Positions 52,201 through 64,000 of a stretch of 64,000 bases of DNA are shown here, one piece after another. Made by a program: the position numbers and the translations under genes. This DNA comes from Eledone cirrhosa (taxonomy: Eukaryota): positions 351,602,001 to 351,666,000 of the forward strand of contig OZ024743.1 of NCBI GenBank assembly GCA_964016885.1, written 5' to 3'. The notes beneath the pieces are model-generated. The model had not been told where the DNA came from and did not search any database. It saw only the letters and a program-made list of their open reading frames with translations. The number at the start of each line of letters is the position of its first letter. The first letter of the stretch is position 1.

Positions 52201-52910
52201 CGTGACGTATTCTATTCTATAGCGATTAGGTCTTCAAAATGTTTATTATAAACATACAGAATATTTTCGAATATTCTATGTCTATATTCACATATATATC
52301 GCTATTTCAGAGCATTTATTCCAATTTCTAATTTCTGCCGGACCGGCAACCGCTCTTTCAAACCAGTTCCTGTACACAGCTAAGTATTCTATAAGTCTCT
52401 AGCTGTGTCATTCTCGATAAAAGCACTGGATATGTAGTCCTGATGATTTCTAACGAGAATGAAACGCGTAGATTACTTCCCTTGCTTTTATCGAGAATCT
52501 AATTGTAATACGTGACGTATTCTATTCTATAGCGATTAGGTCTTCAAAATGTTTATTATAAACATACAGAATATTTTCGAATATTCTATGTCTATATTCA
52601 CATATATATCGCTATTTCAGAGCATTTATTCCAATTTCTAATTTCTGCCGGACCGGCAACCGCTCTTTCAAACCAGTTCCTGTACACAGCTAAGTATTCT
52701 ATAAGTCTCTAGCTGTGTCATTCTCGATAAAAGCACTGGATATGTAGTCCTGATGATTTCTAACGAGAATGAAACGCGTAGATTACTTCCCTTGCTTTTA
52801 TCGAGAATCTAATTGTAATACGTGACGTATTCTATTCTATAGCGATTAGGTCTTCAAAATGTTTATTATAAACATACAGAATATTTTCGAATATTCTATG
52901 TCTATATTCA
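49261..52910. repeat. 310-bp tandem array, ~3.9 units in one orientation plus ~7.8 units inverted, centre at 50484
   Basis: Unit starts at 49261, 49571, 49881 and 50191. The inverted arm recurs at 50792, 51102 ... 52652. The only variant seen is a 2-bp deletion near 50729. Flanked by (TA)n on both sides. Confidence 0.97.
50576..50618 (+). ncRNA. Minimal type I hammerhead ribozyme (1 of 12 identical copies: 8 on +, 4 on -)
   Basis: GTAGTC-CTGATGA-T TTCT aacg AGAA T-GAAA-CGCG-TA-GATTAC: intact core, 6-bp stem I, palindromic stem III ACGCGT. Predicted cleavage after GUA (50612). Confidence 0.88.
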
Positions 52911-53009
52911 TATATATATATGTATATGTATATATAAGAAATTGTGGTAAGGAACCAGATGGACCATAACGCACCAAAGTACTCAATACTTAGGGTAGTA
53001 GAGTGGGAA

Positions 53010-54689
53010 ATAGGAAAAAGTATGACCCCGACGGCAGAGCTCTAGCCGTTTTGACGGCTATTTCTGGACTAAATAAGAATTTTTAGCCTGGTGAATAAAT
53101 AGCCGAACTTGTCAAGGGGGTACTTCCTTATATGGGAAGATTGTAGTTGTCAAAAGGATTGGTTGAAATTTGTTGTAAACACAAATAAGTCTATCATGGC
53201 ATTTGGTGGGAGGTAGGGGTGGCTGAACTTGCCTGTAGGGGAGTGAGTGGAGCGGTCAAGCGTTGAAAGTGAATTGTACCGGGATGATGGGCTCCTCACC
53301 CTCAAAGGGTACAACCCCAGTAGTACAGACCGGGTCTGTAAACAACTAATCAACTTCTTCCGGGACTGGGGATTTAAAATCACCCTACAAACGTCCCTAA
53401 CCCGACTCAATTTCCTGGACGTTACCCTTAACCTCGAAAATGATCTGTACTACCCATACAGGAAACCAAACGACAACCTTCGCTACATCCACCGCCGCCC
53501 TAACCATCCTAGAAACATCACCAATAACCTGGTTAAAAACATCTCCCTCCGCATATCTCATTTGTCCGCTAATGAGCAGATATTTGACGAACACGCGCCT
53601 CATTACAACCAGGCCCTCAAACAGAGTGGCTTCCAGGAAGAAATATCCTTTTATCCAGCTTCACTTAGCGGAACCAGCAGGCGACACCGCCACTCACGCA
53701 ACATATCGTGGTTCAATCCCCCCATAATGCCGAGGTGGCAACACCTATCGGGAAAATCTTCTTTAGACTCCTCGAAAAACACTTCCCACTACAACACCGC
53801 TACCACAACATAATCAACAAAAACACCATCAAACTCTCCTACAGCACCACACCTAACTTCGCACAAAACATCGTCTCCTCAAACAACAAAAAACTCAACC
53901 CCTATGGAAGAAATAACCTAGACATCAGTGGAGAGCCGACCAGGAGGTGTAACTGCCCTGATAGATCTACGTGCCCCCTCAACAACAAATGCCAAAAACG
54001 TAACATGATCTACCAGTGCAACATGAGGACGGACACCTCCAACAAAGCTTATATAGGATTAACCGCGTGTGACTTCAAGACCCGGCTCTACCAACACAGA
54101 CATACTTTCCGAAACCTGGTCCGGCGACATGCCACTACACTTTCGGGCCACATCTGGGATCTCCAAGATAATAATATAACCTACAATCTCACTTGGAGCT
54201 TACTGTCCAGAGCTAATTCTTACACGGGAGGACGCCGTCCGTGTAACTTATGCTCGGAGGAAACATTACAAATGCTGTTTTCAAAGGACCAACTCCTAAA
54301 CAAGACGAACTGGTAACCGCATGCAAACACAGATTGCGTAGGACTTACCTCTCCCTCAAACCCCATAACGAGCCGGGTGGGTAGACAAGGGCTATCCTTA
54401 GAATCTGCTGTATACATTTCACTTTCAACGCTTAACCACTCCACTCACTCCCCTATTGTTCTACAGGCAAGTTCAGCCACCCCTACCTCCCACAAAATGC
54501 TATGATAGACTTATTTCTGTTTACAACAAATTTCAACCAATCCTCTTGACAACTACAATCTTCCCATATAAGGAAGTACCCCCTTGACAAGTTCGGCTAT
54601 TTATTCACAAGGCTAAAAATTCTAATTTAGTCCAGAAATAGCTGTCGAAACGGCTAGAGCTCTGCCATCGGGGTCATACTTTTTCCTAT
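53010..54689 (+). mobile_element. Penelope-like element family A, 5'-truncated, with inverted pLTRs
   Basis: RT LYRDD, FLDVTL, YRKP (53247-53813). GIY-YIG IYQC...YIGLT..FKTRLYQH (53708-54316). ~265-bp inverted repeats at 53010-53273 and 54418-54689. Confidence 0.92.
54576..54679 (+). ncRNA. pLTR hammerhead, U3-A8 variant with extended stem II (mirror copy ~53020-53123 on -)
   Basis: CCCC-TTGACAA-G tt CGGCTATTT..AAATAGCTG t C-GAAA-CGGC..GCCA-TC-GGGG. The mirror copy has perfect CGGC/GCCG and GTC but AAAA in place of GAAA. Confidence 0.65.
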
Positions 54690-54899
54690 ATATATATATA
54701 CACATAGATAGATACACACACACACACACGTGTGTGCACACTAACACACACACACACACACACACACAAACAAACGTGTGTGTGTGCCTTGTTTTTGGTA
54801 CAGAAAGAATTTTGTCTCCAGTTTTTATTGCTGGGTCAAAGGCCACTGCTCTTTTCAACAACGTCAAATAACAACACATATATATATGCATTGTTATAC

Positions 54900-57610
54900 C
54901 TAACTACGCAATGCTTTAAGTAAACTACAATTTCCTCCTTTCCTTACGCCTGAGCCAGGCCCAGTTTACAACTGTAAAGAAACTCTTCCAGCTATCTAAA
55001 AGGAACACCAAAGCCGGCTGCCAAATAAACTTCCTCAAATGGTGCCTGAATAACATCATCATCCCAAAAACTATCAAAAACCTGTACCTACCAACATGCT
55101 GCAAATCACCAGGCCTCAAACGATCACTTAGCTACATACAAAAATTCTGCCTAAGAAAACTTATACAACACCTACACCTCATGCTACAACAACACATACG
55201 GACAATTTCCAGCCTAGTACCACAACTCACTGAAACCCCAGAACCTCTGCTCAGAGTAATTTCCGCCGCTATAGACAGGTCCTACCACCATCGCCGAGAT
55301 TACGAGAAAATATGCCTAAAGTAAAAATTTCTCAAACTCAGCACGGCTGACCGTCCTAACAATAACCCAACTCTAAGTACCAACAGAGGCAAACAAGACG
55401 GTACCAACATCGAACCTAGCGGCACCCCGACCAACAACACACCTGATGCAAAACACTTCGTCACAGACTTGACAGGATCCCTCTCCCGAGATGAACTAGA
55501 CCTCCTCAGCCTGGGTCCCAAGTTCATATCGAAACAGAGACTGGACGACAAATTATGGCTCGACATAGAAACGAATTTCTGTCGGGCCGCCTACCAACTA
55601 AAATGGATATCGACCCTCGGCAACAACACCACGGAATCTAACACAACCAGATTCCCAATATACCAACTGGACCACCCACTCTGTCCACCGCCTGCAAACC
55701 GCGAGCTGGAAGAAAAACTCTTGAAGCTAAAACATTCCGTATTTAACATCTTACGGAAACAGAAGAAGATAGCCCCAAACCTCTCCAGGATGCAACAACT
55801 CACCCTGAAGAACCTGTGGAATAGGGAACTCATATACTTACCATCCGACAAAGGTAAAGAGTTTTGTGTCATCTCTCAAGCCACATACAACAACCTAGCC
55901 TTTGAACACTTAAGCGACAACGAACTGTATACAGAGGTCCCGGACATAACTGCAGCCCAGATCGAAAAACAGGCCAACTCCATCTGGTCCGACATCTGCA
56001 GTAGAAGACAACTCCCAAATAAATTTAAGTTCATTTACACCACTAGAAATAGCAGACTGCCTACTTTCTATCACCTCATGAAGACTCACAAGAATAGTAC
56101 TAAGACACAAGTAAGACCCATCGTCTAGCATAGAAGGGCCCCTATACAAAATCTCCTGGCTCCTCTCCCAGGTCCTCAAGCCTCTACTCTCCACCTTTCC
56201 CGGGCATGTCAGTAGCTCCGACGAGGTCATACATAGACTACACCAACTCCAGCCAGAACAACTTAAATTAAATAGATACGCCTTTCGCCTTGACGTTGTC
56301 TCCCTCTACACTACAGTCCCCGCTCATCCAGCTGTCGATTTATTGACGGAATGCGTGGTCGCAGAAGACGTCCACTGCTACGGCCTCCATCCAACGGACA
56401 TACACCAGCTTTTGCCCTTCAGAGTGGACAACACGTACTTCACCTTCCACCACCACACATACAGACAGACAATGGGATCCAGCCAATCGGGCCTGCTGGC
56501 CATCACTTATATGAACCAGCTGGAATGCCGAGCCTTCAACACCTGCCATTCCTATATCTTCTTCACCCAATATGTAGATGATATACTCATCCTTACATCA
56601 TCCCGTGAAGAAGCAGATAAAATATACATGACATTCTCCAGCATGGACGCCAATATTAAGTTCAGCATGGAACACCCCGATGACCGCGGATCCCTATCCC
56701 TATTGGACTTCCAACTCAGAGTAACAGAGGAAGGCGACATCCACACCTGCTTCTATAAAAAAAGCCGCCAGCAGGGACCTGTTCGTACATTTCAGATCAG
56801 CCTTCCCAGACCTATGCCACCAGGCTTTACGTCGTATACAGATTAGAATGCGACAAATGCAGCAATTTCTACATAGGTAGCACCACCAGACTACTTCACA
56901 TTAGAATAAAAGAACACCTCAACACTAACACGCTTCTTCATTTAAGAAACACCTAGTGAAATGCAAAAACACCGACAAAAACATAATAGTTAGGATAGAA
57001 GCTAAGAAAAGAAACCTCGGCAATCTTAGAATTAAAGAAGCACTTATTATAGACAAAACACAACCACCAATCAATAACAGACTAGAATTTAACACCCAAT
57101 TTTTATCAAGATAGAGCACCTAGCCCCACACTTACACCTCCACGTACCATCTCACACACACACACACGCACACTTACACCTTCACTTATTCTCACTCACA
57201 CACACACATACACACACATAGACCAGTTTTAACATGATAGAGCATCTAGCCCCCATATTTATATATAAACATGTCCTCTCATACTGACACACACACACAC
57301 ACCTTCACGTATTCTCCCACACACACTTAGACATACATGTCCAAACCCTTTTAAAGGGAGACAACCCTTTATCCACCTGACCTTCACTCTTTGACATAAG
57401 AAATAGAATGGAATTTCTATACTATTTCCTGTCAGCATGACTTGGCTAATTAGAACAGTGGATTAACCCCTTTACTTCCCTCCGAAGAAGAGATATTATC
57501 TTGAAAATTAAGGATATTCAAATAAATTTAAGGTAAAAGACTAATTGTCAGCAATATCTTTTGCATTTGTATTTATATTCTATATCCATACCTGCATTGT
57601 TCTGGCCTTC
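54900..57610 (+). mobile_element. Penelope-like element family B, near full length, degenerate
   Basis: LLSLGPKF, PSDKG, FYHLMKTHK..VRPIV, LDVVSLYT, QYVDD, LSLLDF. GIY-YIG VVYRLECDKC..FYIGST..HIRIKEH at ~56830-56920. 3' pLTR. Confidence 0.88.
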
Positions 57611-57632
57611 TAGCTCCAAACGTTACGTTTTT

Positions 57633-57635
<3 letters not shown>

Positions 57636-57684
<49 letters not shown>
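57636..57684. repeat. (GA)n microsatellite
   Basis: Direct observation. Confidence 0.9.
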
Positions 57685-57693
<9 letters not shown>

Positions 57694-57869
57694 CGTGTTT
57701 GGTACATATCTATCTCTCTTTCTGTCTGACGCGTGAAACATCGCCGGTAAGATTTTTGTAAATTTATATACGAAAAACAGAACAAATTGTTTCAAAAAAC
57801 ATATTTTGTAGATTAACCCCCAAGCTGAATTGTCAGCTGGGTGGTAATCCAATTTAATTTAAAAATTGT

Positions 57870-60800
57870 TTTAAAATATCAAATTTTGCAAACTATAAAA
57901 CATGAATAACACGAAGGGAACGCTGGAGAATGTCAATAGAGAAAATAGAGAGAAAGAGGCAGATTTCAACGTTATATCTGCTTCTGCTACTATGGACGTC
58001 GTCATAGATACGACTGTCAACAAAGAGAAAAAAATGTTACCACTCGAAAATTGTACAATTTCTACCGTCGAAGCGGAGAAAAATAACACTAACTCACATG
58101 AAAACACAGAAATTAAACCTATTAACATACATACACATGAAAAAGACATCAACAACTCCACAGATACATCTACACATAATGTTTCACCTCGTCAAGGAAC
58201 TAAGGTTTCCAACACCGAGGCTAACAACAATAACAACAACACCACCATCACCACACAAAAAAAGAAAATGTCTTTCGCTGAAACAGTGAACAAAAAACAA
58301 AATTTTATAAATCTTGACATCTCCAATGCAAGAGACATGCTCCAGCAAGGGAGAAAATTTGTAACTTTCGAAGGGAAAGGTGGATTTAGAATTAACTCAC
58401 CCCTTGAAATAAAGGAAGACACAGTTCGAAGATCAGTCACCTTTAGGATTGTGTCCAATTCCACAAGAAAGCTGATATTTGTTAGTCAAGCAGATATAGA
58501 AGCTACTTTCAAGGAAATTCTAGCAAATATCCATTTTCTCCAATGAGGAAAACAGTACGGAAGTGTTTCCGTACTGTTTAAAAGCGAGGCACTCGGCCAA
58601 AAATATTCTGTGTCACCAATGGTGTCAAAAGCATTCACCTTTTTCCCTACATACATGGGAAAAAGGACACAAAAAATAAAAATAAAAAATATACTCCCAA
58701 ACGAAAGTCTATTCGACAATGGTGGGCGGGTACTGATTTGGAGATTCTGTTGCAAATGAGGCCGGAGAGAATCTCCAAAATACCCGAAAGAGTCGTCATC
58801 GATGATAACAACAAAATAAACATTTCAGTAGAAGGACGAAAATTTCATTGCTTTCGCTGTGGTAGCACAGCACACCTAAAAGTCTCTTGTCCTTCACAAA
58901 CACACAACAACAACATCATTAAAAAAAACACTATTACCAACACCAACACCAAAACAAACAGACACTCAACCAACAACAACAGAAAAAGCAGAGACAACAC
59001 CCCTGAAGAACACAGCCCCACCCCATCCCACTTCATCAAACACTACCACAAACACACACACCGAAACACCACCACCACACAACATACCCCTACCCCACAC
59101 ACCTGACGATGATTATTCATCGACGGATGAAGCTGCTTCTCCTTCTTTAAGTGAAGAGGGAGAGCCGCGGAAATCTAAAAAGCAAAAAAAGACACCACAA
59201 AACCCCCAAAACTCCAATCACCAACACCAACACACAACCACAGACAACACCACAGTCAAACATCCCCCTACCAGCAAAACCAACACAACCCCAAACACAA
59301 GCACCCACCATAAAAAGAAAACTTCCGGACAAACAACAAACTAAAACAACACAACAAAAACACAAATAACAATACGCATACATCAACACAAACAACAAGA
59401 ATTTGATGAAGGTCATCTCCCAAAACTCCAAGGTGGAGATGGGATGCAAAACTTTTGTCAAGGCAGAATCGTCTCCACACCTTAAACTTATAAGGGTTTC
59501 TATGGAAACCTATGACCTAAAAAATAAATTTTCACAGGACGTGGGCAACCTCTGCCAGAAACCCATCAACCGCGTCCTGTTAAAATGTTTCCCCACCCCA
59601 CCAACACCGCATCCAGCACCCAAATGGAGATTGAACAACCCGATCTCCAGGAAACGAAAAGGTAAGTGCGCCTTTCGCCCTTTTTTTCCAACTCTTCTTC
59701 ACCAACATGGCTAGTTTACGAGTTGGAACCGTGAATGTGCGTGGCCTAGGGATGCCCTGGAAACAGGGCCAACTTTTAAACGACCTTAGGTCACATGGTA
59801 TGGATGTGATAGCCATCACCGAGTCCAGGATCAACAACAGGCAGCAACTAACTCCCATCTTCAACGACTTTGAGATCTACGCATCCCTCTGTCAGCCAGG
59901 AGGTGGAGGTGGAGTGGCTGTCATGTTTCGAAAGAACCTGGACGTCGAAGTACAGCAAGTACACTTGGACCCGGAGGGTAGACTGGTAGTCCTAGACGTG
60001 AACAGTATTGGAGGTGGAGCCTTCAGACTGGTGGCCGTTTATGCCTCGACCAGCCAGACTTCTTTAAGCGTCTAGAGTCCTTTCTGGGAACATCTCGCTC
60101 CTTACTTTTAGTGGGGGACTGGAATGGTATCCTAGATGCACGATGGGACTATGTAGGAGCATGTCCCAGTAGAGCCGGGTGCAACAGCCTCAAAACTTTA
60201 ATCGGCCAATTCCAACTTGCCAATAGGTATCGACTGGATTTCCCGACTGCACCACAGTGGACGTGGGCAAACCGCAACGGGACATCTAGATCGTATTTAG
60301 ATAGGTTCTTCATTAGAGAAAGGGACAAGGAGATGTTAAGCTGTCCACGAATGCACATGTTGCCTATTCAGATCACAAATTAGTCGTCTGCTTAGTCAAC
60401 CATGATAGAACACATAAACAAGGACCCGGATACTGGAAGCTGAACGTGTTGTTGCCGGCACGTAAAGCTTATAGTGAACGGATAAGTAGACTAGTGAAGC
60501 AACAGTTAACAGGAGCCATTGTCAACAATAGATGGTGGTACTCTGTCAAGAAAGCAATTAGAATAGAATCAATAGAGTTTAGCAGAGAGTTAGCCTTAGA
60601 GAAAAACAAACTAGAAAGAGAGGTAGAGGTGGCACTTAGAAGTGGCAATGTGGCTAGAGTGTTAGCGTCGAGAACGGCACTGAACCAGTTCTTCGATGGG
60701 AACCACGAAGGCTGCATGGTCAGAAGCAAAACACGTGCTCCAGGAAATGAAGGAGCGAAAGCTGTCAGCTGGGCCCGAGTGGCGGAGGCAAAAAGTGACA

Positions 60801-63225
60801 AGTCCACGATTCGGTCTTTGAAAGATCAAAACGGACACATGCTACAGACCCCAAGCAAATGTGCGCGGCCTTTCAGCAGCACTTTGCGCGACTGTTTGAG
60901 CAGAACGACGGGGAGCCGTTTGGGGCAATGAACTTTAATTCATACCTCGATGGCCTTCCGCGTCTCTCGAACACGTGCGGCGAATTCTGCGATAGACCAA
61001 TCACGGACGCTGAGATACGGGACGCTCTGGGCCGCTGCGGGAAATGCAAGTCACCCGGTCTAGATGGTCTATCCTATGAGTTTTACGTAGGCATGCCGGA
61101 CTTGTTCTCTGGCGTCCTCGAAGCAGTCTACTGCAATTGGCAGCAGAACGGGAGAATTCCCAGTTCTGCAGGTAAGGGCGTAGTAACGCTGATCAGGAAA
61201 GACGAGAACAAGGGGGACGAAATTAACAACTTCAGGCCCATAATTCTGCTCAACACAGAGTTAAAGATTTTGGCCAAGGTGCTAGCGACGAGGTTGGCGC
61301 TTGTCATTGAGAACCTGGTAGGGAAAGCGCAAACGTGTGCAATCCCGACCAGATAGACCATCGATACTTGGAAGCGGTTCTCAAGGTGGCCGGTTTCGGT
61401 CCCGTGTTCAGAGGCTGGATCGAGGCGATGCACACCAGCATCTGCTCGAGGGTCAAGGTGAACGGCTACCTATCGGAGCCGTTCGCAATCACCCGTTCCA
61501 TTCGACAGGGGTGCCCTCTCTCCTCCATTCTGTATGTATTGACTCTAGAGCCACTACTGCGGAAATTGTAGCTGTTGCAGAGCATCCCTCTAGAACCAGG
61601 ACTGCGCAAAATGGCGTCGGCTTATGCCGACGACGTGACAGTAATGGTGTCGAGCACCTCGGAAATCGAGGTGATCGGCAACTTACTGAAAGAATACGAA
61701 ATGTTGACGGGAGCAAAACTAAACCCGGATAAGTCTGTCGGTTTGCAACTCGGTATGTGGAGAGGCAAACCGATGACGTCCGACAGCGTCGTTGGACGCT
61801 GGACGGACGGACCGGTGAAATTGCTCGGGGTCTGGTTTGGTCCAGACCTCCAGGTGGAGAAAAACTGGAATGAGGTCACAGCCAAGGTGTTTGCACTCAC
61901 CCACAAGTGGGCAGAGTGCAAACTGTCCTTGAAAGGTCGAGCGGAGGTGGCGAACACTTTCATAGCGTCCGTCATCTACTACCGCTTGAGTGTCGTGCCT
62001 TGTCCCCGTGAACACCTCGCCAAGATGGAACGCATGCTCTTCCAGTTTCTGTGGGAGAAGCAGGCTCCGCTGGTGAGGAGATATGTCTGCTGTCAGCACC
62101 CTTCCAACGGAGGACTGGGAATGGCGTGGCTGATGATGCGCAAACATGCAGTGAGGCTGGGGCATCTCCAGGTATTCCTCACCGACCCCCAACCGGTGTG
62201 GGCATCGTTTGTGAGACAGGCTTTCCCACAGCTCGTCTCGCTGACGGAGCTGCAGTCCTGGGTCAAGAAAAGACCGAAAACGATGGGCACCTGGCACATT
62301 GAATGCACTCAGGCACTCACAGTCCTCTTCGACATTCTATAAAGGGATTGTACGTTACAAGGGTGACGATGTGCTCGGAAAGACTCTGGGCGTCAAAGAC
62401 GATGAGCTCACCAGTCTGTTTGGTAGGACTTTCCGCCCGGGAACTATGGACAACTTCCAGAGGTCCCTGGCCTGGCAGTGCTACCGAGGAGCTCTACCGG
62501 TTTGTGACAAGATCTACAGGCACGGACGCCCTGGCAGGGATCCTTCCAAGAGGACGTGTCCAAGATGCGCGCAGGACATTGAAACAGTCCTGCACGCAAT
62601 TGTACACTGCCCGGGCGTAACCGACTTGTGGAACTATGCAGAACAACTGCTGTCGCCTATGGGACACATCCAGTTGACTGCCGAGTCCATAGTAAGGATC
62701 AAACCGCCAGCCTCTTTCAAAAACGAAAGAGAGGCGGTTTTCCTCTGTACGGTGGCTCTGGTGAAAGAAGTTACATGGTGGACGAGATTGAGAGGACTGA
62801 GGACAGATGCCTTTCTCTCCGAACAACAATTGATTCCCTTCTTTAAGTATCACCTGAGAAGGAGAATCAGAGTGGAAGAGAAGCACTGCACCCCAGTAAA
62901 TTTACTGAAAGGTGGGTGAATGAAGCGAAAATGGCCCGAGTGATTGGGCCTTCTCTGTTTATAAGCCTGTAGGTTGAGGAAGAGAGCAAAAGGAAGAAAG
63001 GAGCACTTGCACAACACGCTCCTGGAGTTGAGGGTTGTTCTATCGACGGGGTATTTAACAACCCATTTGTGGCGCTTCCCCCCCAATGGGGATTTCGATT
63101 GTTGAAATTGTTTGTTTTTATATTTTTTACACGACTGTATGTAAAATCCCCGGCATGTCTTTGTATTGTCCCCTTTTCTTGTGCGCCCTTGTGGAAAATA
63201 AAGAAATATATCTATGTATATCTCC
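57870..63225 (+). mobile_element. Tx1/L1-clade LINE, near full length, degenerate
   Basis: ORF1 remnants with CCHC knuckle CFRCGSTAHLKVSC. ORF2 APE (GTVNVRGL, GDWN, SYLDR), RT (KSPGLDG, RQGCPLS, AYADD), C-terminal CPRC..ETVLHAIVHC. Internal deletion near 61350. Confidence 0.9.
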
Positions 63226-63657
63226 AACAGGGAGCTCAAACATGCGGCCCGCAAACTACTTTTCTATGGCCCGTGGTAGAACCAATATTTCAGATTCCAT
63301 TATAACCAGTGAAAATAAGGTGGTGAGCTGGTGGAGCCGTTAGCACATCTGGCAAAATGCTTAGCGGCACTTCTTCCGTTTTTACGTTCCGAGTTCAAAT
63401 TCCGCCGATCTCAACGTTGCCTTTCATCCTTTTGGGGTCGATAAATTAAGTACCAGTTGTGAACTGGGATCAATGTAATCGACAGGACCCTAAACCCTAA
63501 ATTTCATGCCTTGTACCTATAGTAGAAATGATTATAACTGGTGAAAATCATCACCCACCACCACGTTTGGCTCCAGGATGTAATGGCCCTTTTATGTCCT
63601 TGAGTTTGAGACCCCTCTTCTACATACACACACACACACATATATATACACTTTACT

Positions 63658-64000
63658 AAGGCGGCGGTCCCATCGGGGAAATGGCCATGCTCAGTGTGTA
63701 GGAAAGGCGTAGGTAGAAACTCCATTTTATGTCCCAAATGCAAAGTATGGGTGCATAAAAGATGTAGTGGGATCACAGGTAAGCTAACTAAGAACATAGA
63801 TTTTACATGTGGCCGGTGCTCTGGTGCAATAAGTAGCAGCAAGTGCCCACAAAATACTAGCTCCTTCAACTGCGCAGAGGGTTCTATAGAAATAGTGGAT
63901 AGCTTCCGTTATCTGGGTGACAAAATCAGCAGTGGGGGAGGGTGCTCTGAAAGTACAGTAGCTAGAGTCAGAACTGGATGGAAAAAGTTCAGAGAGCTTA
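63658..64000 (+). mobile_element. 5'-truncated RTE LINE running off the window end
   Basis: Near-identical to 40220-40560. Confidence 0.9.

Noticed and set aside
49261-52910. CRISPR array or tandem snRNA/5S/tRNA gene cluster
   Set aside because: Units are identical with no unique spacers, there are no cas genes, the context is eukaryotic, and I see no match to known structural RNA genes.

Overview
This is AT-rich, microsatellite-rich metazoan genomic DNA. The SINE and RTE content resembles an octopod cephalopod, which is an inference. The only host gene I can support is ORC4 on the minus strand: its last six coding exons lie at 38672 to 25812, and the upstream exons appear to lie beyond 64000, so 38673-64000 is probably one large intron. 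Almost everything else is degenerate retroelement sequence: two Ty3/Gypsy elements, a non-autonomous LTR family nested several levels deep, CRE-like, R4/Dong-like, RTE and Tx1-like LINEs, Penelope-like elements (PLEs) and tRNA-derived SINEs. The most notable structure is a family of non-coding tandem repeats in that intron, each unit carrying a type I hammerhead ribozyme (retrozyme-like). One is a near-perfect 310-bp array of about 12 units folded into a kilobase-scale palindrome with a 1-nt spacer (49261-52910). The other is a diverged 316-bp sibling (42841-43414) with a U3-A8 variant core. They share a second conserved motif outside the hammerhead, both show PLE-style inversion, both sit at (TA)n, and both lie next to PLE copies.
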